Shown here: piece by piece, positions 45,032 through 54,250 of the stretch
How positions within the stretch are numbered: position 1 is the stretch's first letter
Layout: the number at the start of each line of letters is the position of its first letter
NCBI GenBank assembly: GCA_038885755.1
Contig: JAVZZH010000001.1
Coordinates: 320,001 to 384,000 of the forward strand
Reading direction: 5' to 3'
Length of the DNA: 64,000 nucleotides
DNA from: Candidatus Caldarchaeum sp.
GTDB lineage: Archaea > Thermoproteota > Nitrososphaeria_A > Caldarchaeales > Caldarchaeaceae
Program-made: the position numbers and the translations under genes
The notes under the pieces: generated by a model
Seen by the model: only the letters and a program-made list of their open reading frames with translations
Databases searched by the model: none
What the model was told of the DNA's origin: nothing

Positions 45032-46244
45032 CCTTCAACCCTCCGAATATCTCTTCAACCAAGTCCTCGAGGCTGAACACTCCAACAACCCCTTCCTGCT
45101 TGAACTTGTTCAGCAACTCTTCGGGAAGGCTGTCGGCGATGTCTCCCTTGCTGAACGGCCCGTAGGTTTTTCCGTTGTGCTGAAACTTCTCCACGTCTCT
45201 CTTAAAGACCAAGGTTTCGTTCACAAACTTCTGAGTAGGAGGCTTACCAACCTCGTATCCGGGACCGACTATGGTCGGCGACCCCATCAACCCAAGCTTG
45301 CTCGGGTCGGCTTTGATGTATTCTGCGTTCCAGACTCTAACGTCTGCAACTCTGCCGGCGTAGTTTTTCAGCCTAGCGTTCTTTTGAAGGTTTGCGGCTG
45401 GGACTCTGGGCTCGTAGTGGCTGTCGATCGTGAGCAGGCAGGGGAAGGTTGTTCGGAGTTTCTGCAGAACGTTCCCAACCTTCCTGACGGCTACGACGCT
45501 GCCAGAGTCGGGTGAAACCTCGAAATCACGTACGAATGCGATGCTGGGGATGACTGTGTTGAGCATGCTGCTCAAAGCCTCGGCTGTCTGGGGCCCTGTG
45601 TTCCCGGTCTCGCCGTCGCTTGTCTTCATGCCCGTCAAGATGATGAACTTGTTTATGTCCCTGCGATACTTTTCAAGCTCTAGTAGAAAGCCTTCAGCGC
45701 TCAAGCTTCCTCGCAACAGTCTGTTCACTAGGGTGTCTTTGACAGTAGGCAGCTTGGAGAAGATGTAGTTTGGAAGCATGTTCTCCTTGTAAAGCTTCTC
45801 AGCTGTTTCTCTGACCAGCTCCAAGTCATTCTTCTTAACTACTTCGACCAGCTTGTCAACGGCCTCTAAATGGTTTTCGACAATTTTCTTGATGCCGCAT
45901 GCAAGAGTGTACGATGTAGCCCAGGTGTCTGCCCCCGCCATCCTCCGGTCGCTAAGGATTATTCTCTCGTCAAAACCCGTGAAAGATATCCGAGGGACGT
46001 AGAAGCTCTCCTCCACAGGCTGATACAGGTCTTTCATGATTGGCATGATCTTAGGCTCAGGCCCCATGGACAAACCGATCGTCTTGCCGCCGACCGTCTG
46101 CTTGACGTACTGTGCTGCCTCGATGGCCTTGGCGTCGTGAGGGTTTAGAACAAGGTCCATCTCCTCCCTGCGGAGGACGCCCGAGACCGTTACGACGCTG
46201 GTCGTCTTCGCCGGCACTCCTTTGACGAGACACACAATCAACAT
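45012..46244 (-). CDS. fixA: Electron transfer flavoprotein beta subunit (FixA/EtfB), extended
   Basis: VCLVKGVP, LNPHDAKAIEAA, SMGP, SDRRMAGADTWATS, DGETGNTGP, GLMGSPT. Confidence 0.9.
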   Translation of the reverse strand: MLIVCLVKGVPAKTTSVVTVSGVLRREEMDLVLNPHDAKAIEAAQYVKQTVGGKTIGLSMGPEPKIMPIMKDLYQPVEESFYVPRISFTGFDERIILSDRRMAGADTWATSYTLACGIKKIVENHLEAVDKLVEVVKKNDLELVRETAEKLYKENMLPNYIFSKLPTVKDTLVNRLLRGSLSAEGFLLELEKYRRDINKFIILTGMKTSDGETGNTGPQTAEALSSMLNTVIPSIAFVRDFEVSPDSGSVVAVRKVGNVLQKLRTTFPCLLTIDSHYEPRVPAANLQKNARLKNYAGRVADVRVWNAEYIKADPSKLGLMGSPTIVGPGYEVGKPPTQKFVNETLVFKRDVEKFQHNGKTYGPFSKGDIADSLPEELLNKFKQEGVVGVFSLEDLVEEIFGGLKVVARAV

Positions 46245-46276
46245 GGAGAATCTTGGTGTATGATGCTTGAAATTCT

Positions 46277-47653
46277 CTATTTAACTTGATTCTCTGAAGT
46301 CATGAGGAATGATTTGCGGTCTAAGATTATCTCAGTCTCGTCGTACTTGTTTCTCCGAACGTTTATGAACGCCATACGCAGGCTGGACCCTTCTCGGAGT
46401 TGATCTGTTTTCTCGGCGGCCAGACCCCATGCCGAGCAGGTGTATGTTTTTCCGCCGTGCTCAACCCACATGGTTGATATTTTTCTGGAGCCGAACCTCG
46501 TCTCAACCGTCGTCAACGGAGTCTTTCTCACCAGCTTGCAGTCGACCAGCCCGCTGCAGACCCTCCCTTCAAAATCGTCAAGCGTGCCCGTGTAGGCTGG
46601 AGGTGGATGGTTTTCTTGGGTGCTTCTGATTGATTTGCCGTAGGCTTGAGGTATTCCACGTCGTTGAATGACGAAAGCCTTTTCAACAACTACATTTTCG
46701 TAAGGAGCTTCAGCGGGAAAACCAAGCCTCAACATTCTAGACCCGTCCGTCGCGGCGAGAACGCCGTCGAAACACCTCCCCAGAATAGTCAGAGGGAGCT
46801 CGCGGACGCTCTTGTCCAAAGCCCTCGCCAGAACTTCTTCGTCAAAACCCACGACAGTTATAAGGCTGTTCGGGCCCGTGTGAAGCTCTCCGTCTCTCAG
46901 GTTCACTGAAGCCGCCATCAACCTAGCTCCCTCCGCAACATCCGACAGAAGGCCAGCCCAATCCCTCCAAGCCGTGAACAACTCAACAGCTTCACCGTCC
47001 GAAACCAGCAGCTCCAACAATCTAGTCTCATCCTCAACCACCTTGACGCCCGTGTTCAAAACAACGACAGCTGAGACGTCGACAGTGCGACGCCCGAACA
47101 ATCGGCTGGCAGAGAGATTAAACCCAGAAAAATCCAGAGGAGGCAGTTTTCCCTGATCCTGCATCTTCTCAACCCTCGACCTGCTACCCGCGTGGAGCAC
47201 GAGGCCGCTGCCCGACTTGGGTGTGGAGACGTAGCCGTTCCAGACGGCCACGACGTCGCCGACAAAAGCACTCAGCTCGCTCTCCCAAACCATCACGTCG
47301 ACAGCCCCTGTACCGTCCCAGAGCCTCAGCCTCGAAAACTTCCTTCCATCCTCCGTCGAAAACGTCTTACATCCGAGGACTCTCCCCACCACGCTCACGT
47401 CCTTCAAACCCGCGGTGAGAGCGGACATGAGAGTAAACGAGTAGTCAATCTGGCCGCTTAGGCCGTCTTCCCCAGACAACCCTCTCTCCTCGAGCACAAT
47501 CAGAAGAGCCCCCAGCTTCGTCAGGAACGGTGAAGACCTGAGCTTCTCCTCGACGATTCTGTCGAGGTCCTGTCTGCTGAGGTCTTTGCACGTTTGGAGG
47601 ATCTTCTCCTCCAGCTCTTCCACGCGCATCCGGCTGGAGAGGTGGTTGAACAC
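46277..47653 (-). CDS. Multi-OB-fold ssDNA-binding protein (RPA-like)
   Basis: N-terminal helical domain, LTAGLKDVSVVGRV...LWDGTGAVDVMVW, further degenerate OB folds. Confidence 0.7.
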   Translation of the reverse strand: MFNHLSSRMRVEELEEKILQTCKDLSRQDLDRIVEEKLRSSPFLTKLGALLIVLEERGLSGEDGLSGQIDYSFTLMSALTAGLKDVSVVGRVLGCKTFSTEDGRKFSRLRLWDGTGAVDVMVWESELSAFVGDVVAVWNGYVSTPKSGSGLVLHAGSRSRVEKMQDQGKLPPLDFSGFNLSASRLFGRRTVDVSAVVVLNTGVKVVEDETRLLELLVSDGEAVELFTAWRDWAGLLSDVAEGARLMAASVNLRDGELHTGPNSLITVVGFDEEVLARALDKSVRELPLTILGRCFDGVLAATDGSRMLRLGFPAEAPYENVVVEKAFVIQRRGIPQAYGKSIRSTQENHPPPAYTGTLDDFEGRVCSGLVDCKLVRKTPLTTVETRFGSRKISTMWVEHGGKTYTCSAWGLAAEKTDQLREGSSLRMAFINVRRNKYDETEIILDRKSFLMTSENQVK

Positions 47654-47732
47654 AATTAAAACTTATATACAGTCTGGAGAAATAGGGCTCTGAGATGTAT
47701 TTGGTGGATGGAGGTGGACGTCTTCCAGAAGG

Positions 47733-48521
47733 GTGGACGTCTTCCATCTCGGGCTAGCTGTTAAGCCTTCAAACCTTCGGGGAGACAAGCTTCAAGCTCT
47801 GGAGTCGGTTTCAAAGCTTCTGAAGAAGCATGGTTATTCGGTGTTGGTCATCGACTCTGAGACCGCTGACCAAGACCCTAAGGTTAGCGACTACGCTAAG
47901 CTCGTCGATCGCTGTGTCGAGCACTCTTTATGCATCCCTGTGCTGACGATTCCCGTGAGGAGGCATGATTTTCACAGCAGGATGGAGGAGTTCATCAGCG
48001 TCGTGGATGAAACAGATGGCTGCGGCGTCTGCCTAGTGGCTGGCAACCGAGCTTACTTGGATGAAGACGAGATGAGAACCGCCGCGGGTCCTTTGGTGCT
48101 CAAGGCTTGTGAAACTATTAGGAGAAGGCGGCGGTGTTTGCTGATGGTTGGGACGGAGCGGATGGAAAAGACAGCCTATAAAGCCGCCTGCCTTTACGGC
48201 GCGTCGCCTCTCATACTGCTGAACCCAGCACTTTCCGAAGACCTGAGAAGGTATGATACGGGCGTGGGTGTCTACGCTCCGTTCTACATAGGCCACGACA
48301 TCACCGACGATGCTCTGGACAGGATGAGGGCCTACGTAGCGAGACGGTCAGCGAGCACGGTCTTCGAGCAGGCGGTAAACCACTTCTGCCTAATAGGAGG
48401 GCTTGACGAGGTATCGCGGAGAATATCCATGGCCCTTGACGGGGTTAACCTTCTCGTTGGATATCCTCTGGCTTTTGAGGAGCGGCAGATATCGTTGTTC
48501 GCTAGCCTTTCGAAGGTTTGA
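47733..48521 (+). CDS. Hypothetical TIM-barrel protein, possibly luciferase-like/Mer-like
   Basis: C-terminal FCLIGGLDEVSRRI...GVNLLVGYP resembles the luciferase-like family tail; weak. Confidence 0.5.
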   Translation: MDVFHLGLAVKPSNLRGDKLQALESVSKLLKKHGYSVLVIDSETADQDPKVSDYAKLVDRCVEHSLCIPVLTIPVRRHDFHSRMEEFISVVDETDGCGVCLVAGNRAYLDEDEMRTAAGPLVLKACETIRRRRRCLLMVGTERMEKTAYKAACLYGASPLILLNPALSEDLRRYDTGVGVYAPFYIGHDITDDALDRMRAYVARRSASTVFEQAVNHFCLIGGLDEVSRRISMALDGVNLLVGYPLAFEERQISLFASLSKV

Positions 48522-49596
48522 CGAGAGGCTGCCTCCTGACTACTGCTCTCCTCGCAGCGTTTCTGACAAGTATGTACAACACCGTTCCCTCTGTATGAAG
48601 CTCTGCTGGAATCTCGCCCAAGGCCAACCCCTTGCCGACCGAGGGAATGTATCCGCCGCTAGTGACGACGCCCACGCGGTTCCCCGAGCTGTCTAGAATG
48701 GGGTAGCCCGCCCTCGGCACGCCGGGGTCCATCATCTCGAGGATGGCGATTGTCGATGAGGGTTTCGTCTTCAGCTTCTCCTCCAGCTTTCTCTTCCCGA
48801 CGAAGTCTTTCTTCTCAAGGTTCACGGCCCACATCAACCCAGCCTCGACAGGTGTCTTAGCCTCGTCGAAATCCTGATGAGCCAGTAGATAACCCGCTTC
48901 AAGCCTGCAGGCATCCCTACAAGCGAGACCGCAAGGCTTCACACCACCTTCTACGAAGACTCTCCATAGACTGGAGTACAAAACAGTCCCGCCGCACGGG
49001 ATCACAATCTCGTAGCCGTCGCCCCCCGTGTAGCCGCTTCTCGTCAACAAAACCCGACAGCCCTCGAACTCAACGACATCTCCGGCGAACCATTTCAGCG
49101 TGCTAAAATCTCTGCCGAAAACTCTTGATACATGCTCGGACGCTCTCGGCCCCTGCACGGCGAAGAACGCAGACCTTTCGGTGAAATCCTCGACGTAGAC
49201 GCCGGTGCCGGCGTGCTGCGCCAGCCAGTTTAGCACTCTCTCCCTCGAGACGGCGTTGGAGACCATGACGTAGCTTTCTTCCTCTACCTTGAAGACGGTT
49301 ACGTCGTCGATTATGCCAGCGTTCTCGTTGAGCATCAGCCCGTACTTCATCCTCCCGGGCTTGAGACGCTCCACGTCTATCGTCAGGATGTTCTGCAGAA
49401 GAGTTGTTGAGGAAGGGCCCGCTATCTTGGTCCTAGTCATGTGGCTTATGTCGAAGATTCCCGACGACTCCCTGACCGCCCTGTGCTCGTCTCTCAAGCT
49501 CGTGAAGGTAATCACCGTTTTCCAGCCTGCAAACTCCCCAAACTCGGCAGCTGGATAGTTTGCATGATAGTAGCCTAGAAGCGGTATTTCTTTCAC
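48502..49596 (-). CDS. gcvT: Glycine cleavage aminomethyltransferase T
   Basis: EFAGW, EHRAVRE..GIFDISHM, IIDD, RSGYTGGDGYE, GLACRDACRLEAG. Confidence 0.95.
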   Translation of the reverse strand: MKEIPLLGYYHANYPAAEFGEFAGWKTVITFTSLRDEHRAVRESSGIFDISHMTRTKIAGPSSTTLLQNILTIDVERLKPGRMKYGLMLNENAGIIDDVTVFKVEEESYVMVSNAVSRERVLNWLAQHAGTGVYVEDFTERSAFFAVQGPRASEHVSRVFGRDFSTLKWFAGDVVEFEGCRVLLTRSGYTGGDGYEIVIPCGGTVLYSSLWRVFVEGGVKPCGLACRDACRLEAGYLLAHQDFDEAKTPVEAGLMWAVNLEKKDFVGKRKLEEKLKTKPSSTIAILEMMDPGVPRAGYPILDSSGNRVGVVTSGGYIPSVGKGLALGEIPAELHTEGTVLYILVRNAARRAVVRRQPLVKPSKG

Positions 49597-51107
49597 TTCC
49601 TCCTACCCCGGAGAACTCTCCACGTTGGAGTCATGGTCAACGGATGCGAGGCCTTGGCCTCGTCTATTCTGCCCACCGGGGTGCTGTGGGGTGCCGTACG
49701 GACCAGCTTGGGGTTGCTGTAGCACTCCTCAACCACCGACTCGAAGGCTTGGATGAAGGCGTCCAGTTCTTCCTTAGACTCTGTCTCCGTCGGCTCGACC
49801 ATGAAAGCCTCCTCCACTATCAGGGGGAAGTATATCGTTGGAGGATGAAAACCATAGTCGATGAGACGCTTCGCAACCTCGAGAGCGCCTAAACCCGTCT
49901 CCTTCCTCAGCTTCGCCAAGCTGACCACAAACTCGTGCTTACGTGGTCTTGACGAGTCGTATGGAATGCTCACGCCACGCACTTTCTTCAACCTCGAGAG
50001 CATGTAGTTTGAAGCCGCGACCGCGTAGGTGGCCGCCCTCCTCAACCCCTCACCACCCATCGCCAGAATGTATGCATAAGCCCTGACCAGTACGCCGAAG
50101 TTACCGTGAAACATCTTGACAGGACCTATGCTATCCTCCCCGCCATCCAGCAGCTCGTAGACACCGTTCTGCTTCACTATTCTCGGCGGTGGGAGGTATT
50201 TCGCAAGCCTCGAAACCACTCCCACAGGCCCCGCCCCCGGCCCTCCTCCACCGTGAGGCGTCGAGAATGTTTTGTGAAGGTTTAGATGAACTATGTCGAA
50301 CCCCATGTCTCCCGGCCTGACGACGCCCATTATGGCGTTCAGGTTAGCCCCGTCGTAGTATAGTAGGGAGTCGTTTGAATGAATCGTCTCGACTATTTCT
50401 TCGATTTCTCTCTCGAAGAGGCCCACGGTGTTGGGGTTTGTGAGCATGATTCCAGCTACGTCCCCGTCGACGATCTTCTCCAGCATCTCGAGGTCGACGC
50501 AGCCGTCCTGCCTCGTCTTCACAACCACAACCTCAAACCCGGCCATCCCCGCGCTGGCGGGGTTGGTGCCGTGCGCAGAGTCGGGCACGACTATCTTCTG
50601 ACGAGGCCTGCCTTCTCTCTCAGCGTGATATGCTCTCATGATGAGGCAGCCGACGAGCTCGCCGTGCGCCCCTGCCGCTGGTGCGAGGCAGAAGGCATCC
50701 ATGCCTGTTATCTCCTTGAGAGCTGTCTCCAGGTTGTATAACAGTTCGAGGCATCCTTGGACTGTTTCTGGAGGCTGAAGGGGGTGTACGTTGGCTGATT
50801 CCTCCAGCCAAGCTATGTAGTTGTTGACGACGGGGTTGTACTTCATCGTGCAGCTGCCGAGGGGGTAGAAGGTCGTTGAGATGCTCATGTTCATCTGGCT
50901 CAAGCGTGTATAGTGCCGTACCACCGAGGGCTCTGAAAGCTCGGGCAGAGGAAGGTCTCTCCGCAGCAAATCCTGAGGAACGTCTTCAAGCCTCCTCCTG
51001 CCAGCTTCCTTGATCTCGTCGTCCGTGCTGGGCGGCGTATAACCTCTGGCGCCGGGCTTAGAAAGCTCGTAAACCAGCTTCTCTCCCCAAGAAGCCTGCC
51101 TAAACAC
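49593..51107 (-). CDS. gcvPB: Glycine dehydrogenase subunit 2
   Basis: YPLGSCTMKYNP, SAHGTNPASA, HLNLHKTFSTPHGGGGPG, EPTETES. Confidence 0.96.
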   Translation of the reverse strand: MFRQASWGEKLVYELSKPGARGYTPPSTDDEIKEAGRRRLEDVPQDLLRRDLPLPELSEPSVVRHYTRLSQMNMSISTTFYPLGSCTMKYNPVVNNYIAWLEESANVHPLQPPETVQGCLELLYNLETALKEITGMDAFCLAPAAGAHGELVGCLIMRAYHAEREGRPRQKIVVPDSAHGTNPASAGMAGFEVVVVKTRQDGCVDLEMLEKIVDGDVAGIMLTNPNTVGLFEREIEEIVETIHSNDSLLYYDGANLNAIMGVVRPGDMGFDIVHLNLHKTFSTPHGGGGPGAGPVGVVSRLAKYLPPPRIVKQNGVYELLDGGEDSIGPVKMFHGNFGVLVRAYAYILAMGGEGLRRAATYAVAASNYMLSRLKKVRGVSIPYDSSRPRKHEFVVSLAKLRKETGLGALEVAKRLIDYGFHPPTIYFPLIVEEAFMVEPTETESKEELDAFIQAFESVVEECYSNPKLVRTAPHSTPVGRIDEAKASHPLTMTPTWRVLRGRRK

Positions 51108-52478
51108 TTACCCCACCTCCTTGAGGAGTCTAACGTAGCTGTCTATGTCCTGCTTGCTGTGCACCTCAGTGACCGCTGTGAGGATGGCTTCATCGAGCTT
51201 GGGGTAGCCGGGTCCGAGCTTCAGACCGCCGACGATTCCATGCTCGAGGAGGTGCTTGAGAACTTTTGAGCATTCTACATCCTCGAAACGGTAGGCGAAC
51301 TCCATGTAGTGCGGTGCCTCAATCAACGGTATTCTAACTCCTTGAGAGTTCTTCATCTTTTCGATGAAGTAGCTTGTTTTGTCGAAGATGTGTCTAGCCA
51401 AATCTCTCAGCCCGTTCTTGCCGAGCAGGGAGAGGTAGGCGGCTGCGGCCACGGCGCAGAGCGCTTGATTAGTACATATGTTTGAAGTTGCTTTCTCTCT
51501 TTTGATGTCCTGCTCCCTAGCTCTGAGGATCATGGTGAATGCTCGTTTCCCGTCTGTCAAGGATTCTGTCATGCCGACAAGCCTTCCGGGCATGCTGTGG
51601 ACCAGCCTCCGTTCATACCTGCATCCCAAGATCCCGAGCAGAGGTCCTCCGAAGCTCATCGGAAGCCCGATCGGCTGTCCCTCGCCCACGACAACGTCGG
51701 CGCCATACTCGCCGGGAGGTGTGAATAGGCCGAGAGAGGTCGGCTCAGCACCCACGACGAACAAGGCACCCGCGTCGTGCGCTATCTCTCCAACAGCCTT
51801 CACATTCCTGACAACGGCTCCGACGTAGGTCGGGTTCTCAACGTAGACCGCAGATGTTTCGCTGTCGATTGTATTCTTGAGGCTCTCCTCGTCGACCAAC
51901 GCCTTGTAGTCTACGGGTACCGTCTCGATTTTAACGCCGAGGGGTTGTGTGTATGTTTTTGCGACCCTCAAGCGTTCAGGGCTGCATAGCTCAACGACCA
52001 AAACCTTCCTACGGCCGTTGTACCGGAACGCCATCCGTAAAGCCTCTCCGAGGGCCGTCGCCCAGTCGTACATCGACGAGTTGACGACGTCCACGCCGTA
52101 GAGGTCTGCGGCGAGGCTTTGAAACTCGAACAAAGCCGTCAGCATCCCCTGCGAGGCCTCCGGCTGGTATGGGGTGTAGCTGGTCAGGAACTCAGACCTC
52201 GAAACTATCTCCTTGACGGCGGCTGGAACGTAGTGTGGCCAAACGCCTCCTCCTATGAAAAGCTTCAGCCCAGCCCTGTTCTTGCCGAGAATGCTTCTAA
52301 TCTTTTCGACAACCTCCTGCTCCGACAAGCCGGGCCCTATGGCAGGGGGGCTGGGCAGGATGTATTTGGACGGTATGTCTGAATACAGGTCCATGGGGCT
52401 TGAAACACCAACAGCCTCGAGCATCTTCCGCAAGTCTTCCTCTGTGTGGTGGCTGAGGTAGGCGGCTTTTTCAACCAT
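51108..52478 (-). CDS. gcvPA: Glycine dehydrogenase subunit 1
   Basis: EFLTSYTPYQPEASQG, NSSMYD, FGGP, REQDIKREKATSNICTNQAL. Confidence 0.96.
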   Translation of the reverse strand: MVEKAAYLSHHTEEDLRKMLEAVGVSSPMDLYSDIPSKYILPSPPAIGPGLSEQEVVEKIRSILGKNRAGLKLFIGGGVWPHYVPAAVKEIVSRSEFLTSYTPYQPEASQGMLTALFEFQSLAADLYGVDVVNSSMYDWATALGEALRMAFRYNGRRKVLVVELCSPERLRVAKTYTQPLGVKIETVPVDYKALVDEESLKNTIDSETSAVYVENPTYVGAVVRNVKAVGEIAHDAGALFVVGAEPTSLGLFTPPGEYGADVVVGEGQPIGLPMSFGGPLLGILGCRYERRLVHSMPGRLVGMTESLTDGKRAFTMILRAREQDIKREKATSNICTNQALCAVAAAAYLSLLGKNGLRDLARHIFDKTSYFIEKMKNSQGVRIPLIEAPHYMEFAYRFEDVECSKVLKHLLEHGIVGGLKLGPGYPKLDEAILTAVTEVHSKQDIDSYVRLLKEVG

Positions 52479-52550
52479 GTCCGTGCACTAATCCTCCTAA
52501 AGACACCTATTAGCGATAGCGTTTAAAGCATGCTTCCATAAACCACGTGC

Positions 52551-53231
52551 ATGAACCTCAGCTTTCCAGCGATAATCCTCAACTTCAAGTCCTACAGGGA
52601 GGCTATCGGCAGGCGAGGGCTTGAGCTAGCCAAGACAGCTGAGAGGGTTTCGTCGGATACAGGAGTCCAAGTAGCCGTCTGCCCCAACGTCGTCAACCTA
52701 GAGACCGTTGCGAAGACCGTGTCCGTACCGGTTCTCGCTCAACACTGCGACCCATTCGAGGCAGGGCCCTACACAGGGGCCGTGGTCGCTGAATCGCTCA
52801 AAGAAATAGGTGTTTCAGGGTCCCTGCTCAACCACTCGGAGAAGAGGCTCAAGCTATCGGACATCGCATCGACCGTTGCGAGGCTGCGGGGCCTGGGCCT
52901 GGCTTCTGTTGTATGCGCCGACGACTTATATGCCGCTGTCTCCGCGGCTGCGCTGGAGCCCGAGGCCTTGGCCGTGGAACCCCCCGAGTTGATAGGTACC
53001 GGTGTTTCGGTTTCGACCGCTAGGCCTGAGGTTGTTTCCGGGGCTGTTGAGAAAGTGAAGAGGGTCAGCACGCGTGTTCATGTTCTCTGCGGAGCAGGTG
53101 TATCGAGCGGGGATGATGTCAGAAGGGCTCTGGAGCTGGGTTCTGAAGGAGTTCTACTCTCTAGCGCATACGTCAAGAGCCGAGAACCGGAGAAGCTCCT
53201 AAGAGAGATGTGCCGAGCTATGCTATTCTGA
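52551..53231 (+). CDS. tpiA: Triosephosphate isomerase (archaeal type)
   Basis: NFKSY, AQH, LNHSE, EPPELIGTG, CGAG. Confidence 0.95.
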   Translation: MNLSFPAIILNFKSYREAIGRRGLELAKTAERVSSDTGVQVAVCPNVVNLETVAKTVSVPVLAQHCDPFEAGPYTGAVVAESLKEIGVSGSLLNHSEKRLKLSDIASTVARLRGLGLASVVCADDLYAAVSAAALEPEALAVEPPELIGTGVSVSTARPEVVSGAVEKVKRVSTRVHVLCGAGVSSGDDVRRALELGSEGVLLSSAYVKSREPEKLLREMCRAMLF

Positions 53232-53609
53232 AGACAGTTCATACCAGATACTCTTTCCCGCGGCGTCGAAGACGTGAAAATCACTCTCGTCCATGTAGGG
53301 CGGCGTGACGATGACCATTATTCTGCCGATGAAGTTGTTGAGGTCTTCGACGGAGGGCCGGCCTACTCCGGACGGATGGGAATGTGCGATGCCTAGGATG
53401 GAAAGGTCGATGGGCATGGCGTAGGGGTTGAAGGAAGAAAAGTCCTCGCCGTAAACAGACTGAGGCGGAAGCGAAACCTCCTCGACAACCACAACGTTTT
53501 TAACGTGTTTTCCATGCAGGAGAGCTATAACCTCGTTGGGATGAACCTCTCTAGCCATAGCCAGAACAAGTTCAAAGCAGTCTCTCCTTATAACGACCTT
53601 CTCCACCAT
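53223..53609 (-). CDS. JAMM/MPN+ metalloprotease
   Basis: HPNE...HSHPSGVGRPSVED, an intact E-HxH-S-D motif. Confidence 0.9.
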   Translation of the reverse strand: MVEKVVIRRDCFELVLAMAREVHPNEVIALLHGKHVKNVVVVEEVSLPPQSVYGEDFSSFNPYAMPIDLSILGIAHSHPSGVGRPSVEDLNNFIGRIMVIVTPPYMDESDFHVFDAAGKSIWYELSSE

Positions 53610-53613
53610 GGCC

Positions 53614-54246
53614 TCATTTTCTCGGCCTTCTCACTCCCGCCACTATATATTCAACTGAGTCGCCGATGTAAGTAGCGTGGTCAGCTATACGCTCAAGATA
53701 ACGGAGCATCAACATTACAGCCATGTCGCATTTCTTCGAACCCTCCCGCTTTATGCTCTGGTCGACATGGTCTCGGTAGGCTCGGTCTATGAATGTGTCT
53801 AGCTTTTCAAGCTCGTAAGCCAAGTCAACCTTTTTCTCTATGAAGCTCTTGATGCTTATGTCAAGCATCTCCTTGACTATGGAGCTAACCGCCGAGACAA
53901 CTTGCTTCTCACAATCCTCGAGCTTGCCGAAGGTCGGTATAATCTGGGCGATGTCGTAAGCGTACCTGCCGAAGCGTGAGAACCCGTAGGCCACCTCCAT
54001 AGCTGACCTCAAGAACCTCAAATCTCCGGCGACAGGCTGGTACCGGGCTATGAGCTCTACCGACATGTCGGAGACCTCGTCCTGCAGCCAGCGCAGCTTC
54101 TCAGAGAGTCCGAAAACCTCTTCCTGAAGGTTAATCCCCTCCATGAAGCTTTTTACAGCAAGGTCGACAGCCTTCATGCTCAGCTCAGCCATGTCGCTCA
54201 GCATGTTGACAACCCTCTCCAGACCGATGTCCATTAACCGTGGCAT
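53614..54246 (-). CDS. phoU: Phosphate uptake regulator PhoU
   Basis: IARYQPVAGDLR, RFGRYAYDIA, RYLERIADHATYI. Confidence 0.92.
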   Translation of the reverse strand: MPRLMDIGLERVVNMLSDMAELSMKAVDLAVKSFMEGINLQEEVFGLSEKLRWLQDEVSDMSVELIARYQPVAGDLRFLRSAMEVAYGFSRFGRYAYDIAQIIPTFGKLEDCEKQVVSAVSSIVKEMLDISIKSFIEKKVDLAYELEKLDTFIDRAYRDHVDQSIKREGSKKCDMAVMLMLRYLERIADHATYIGDSVEYIVAGVRRPRK

Positions 54247-54250
54247 GTCG

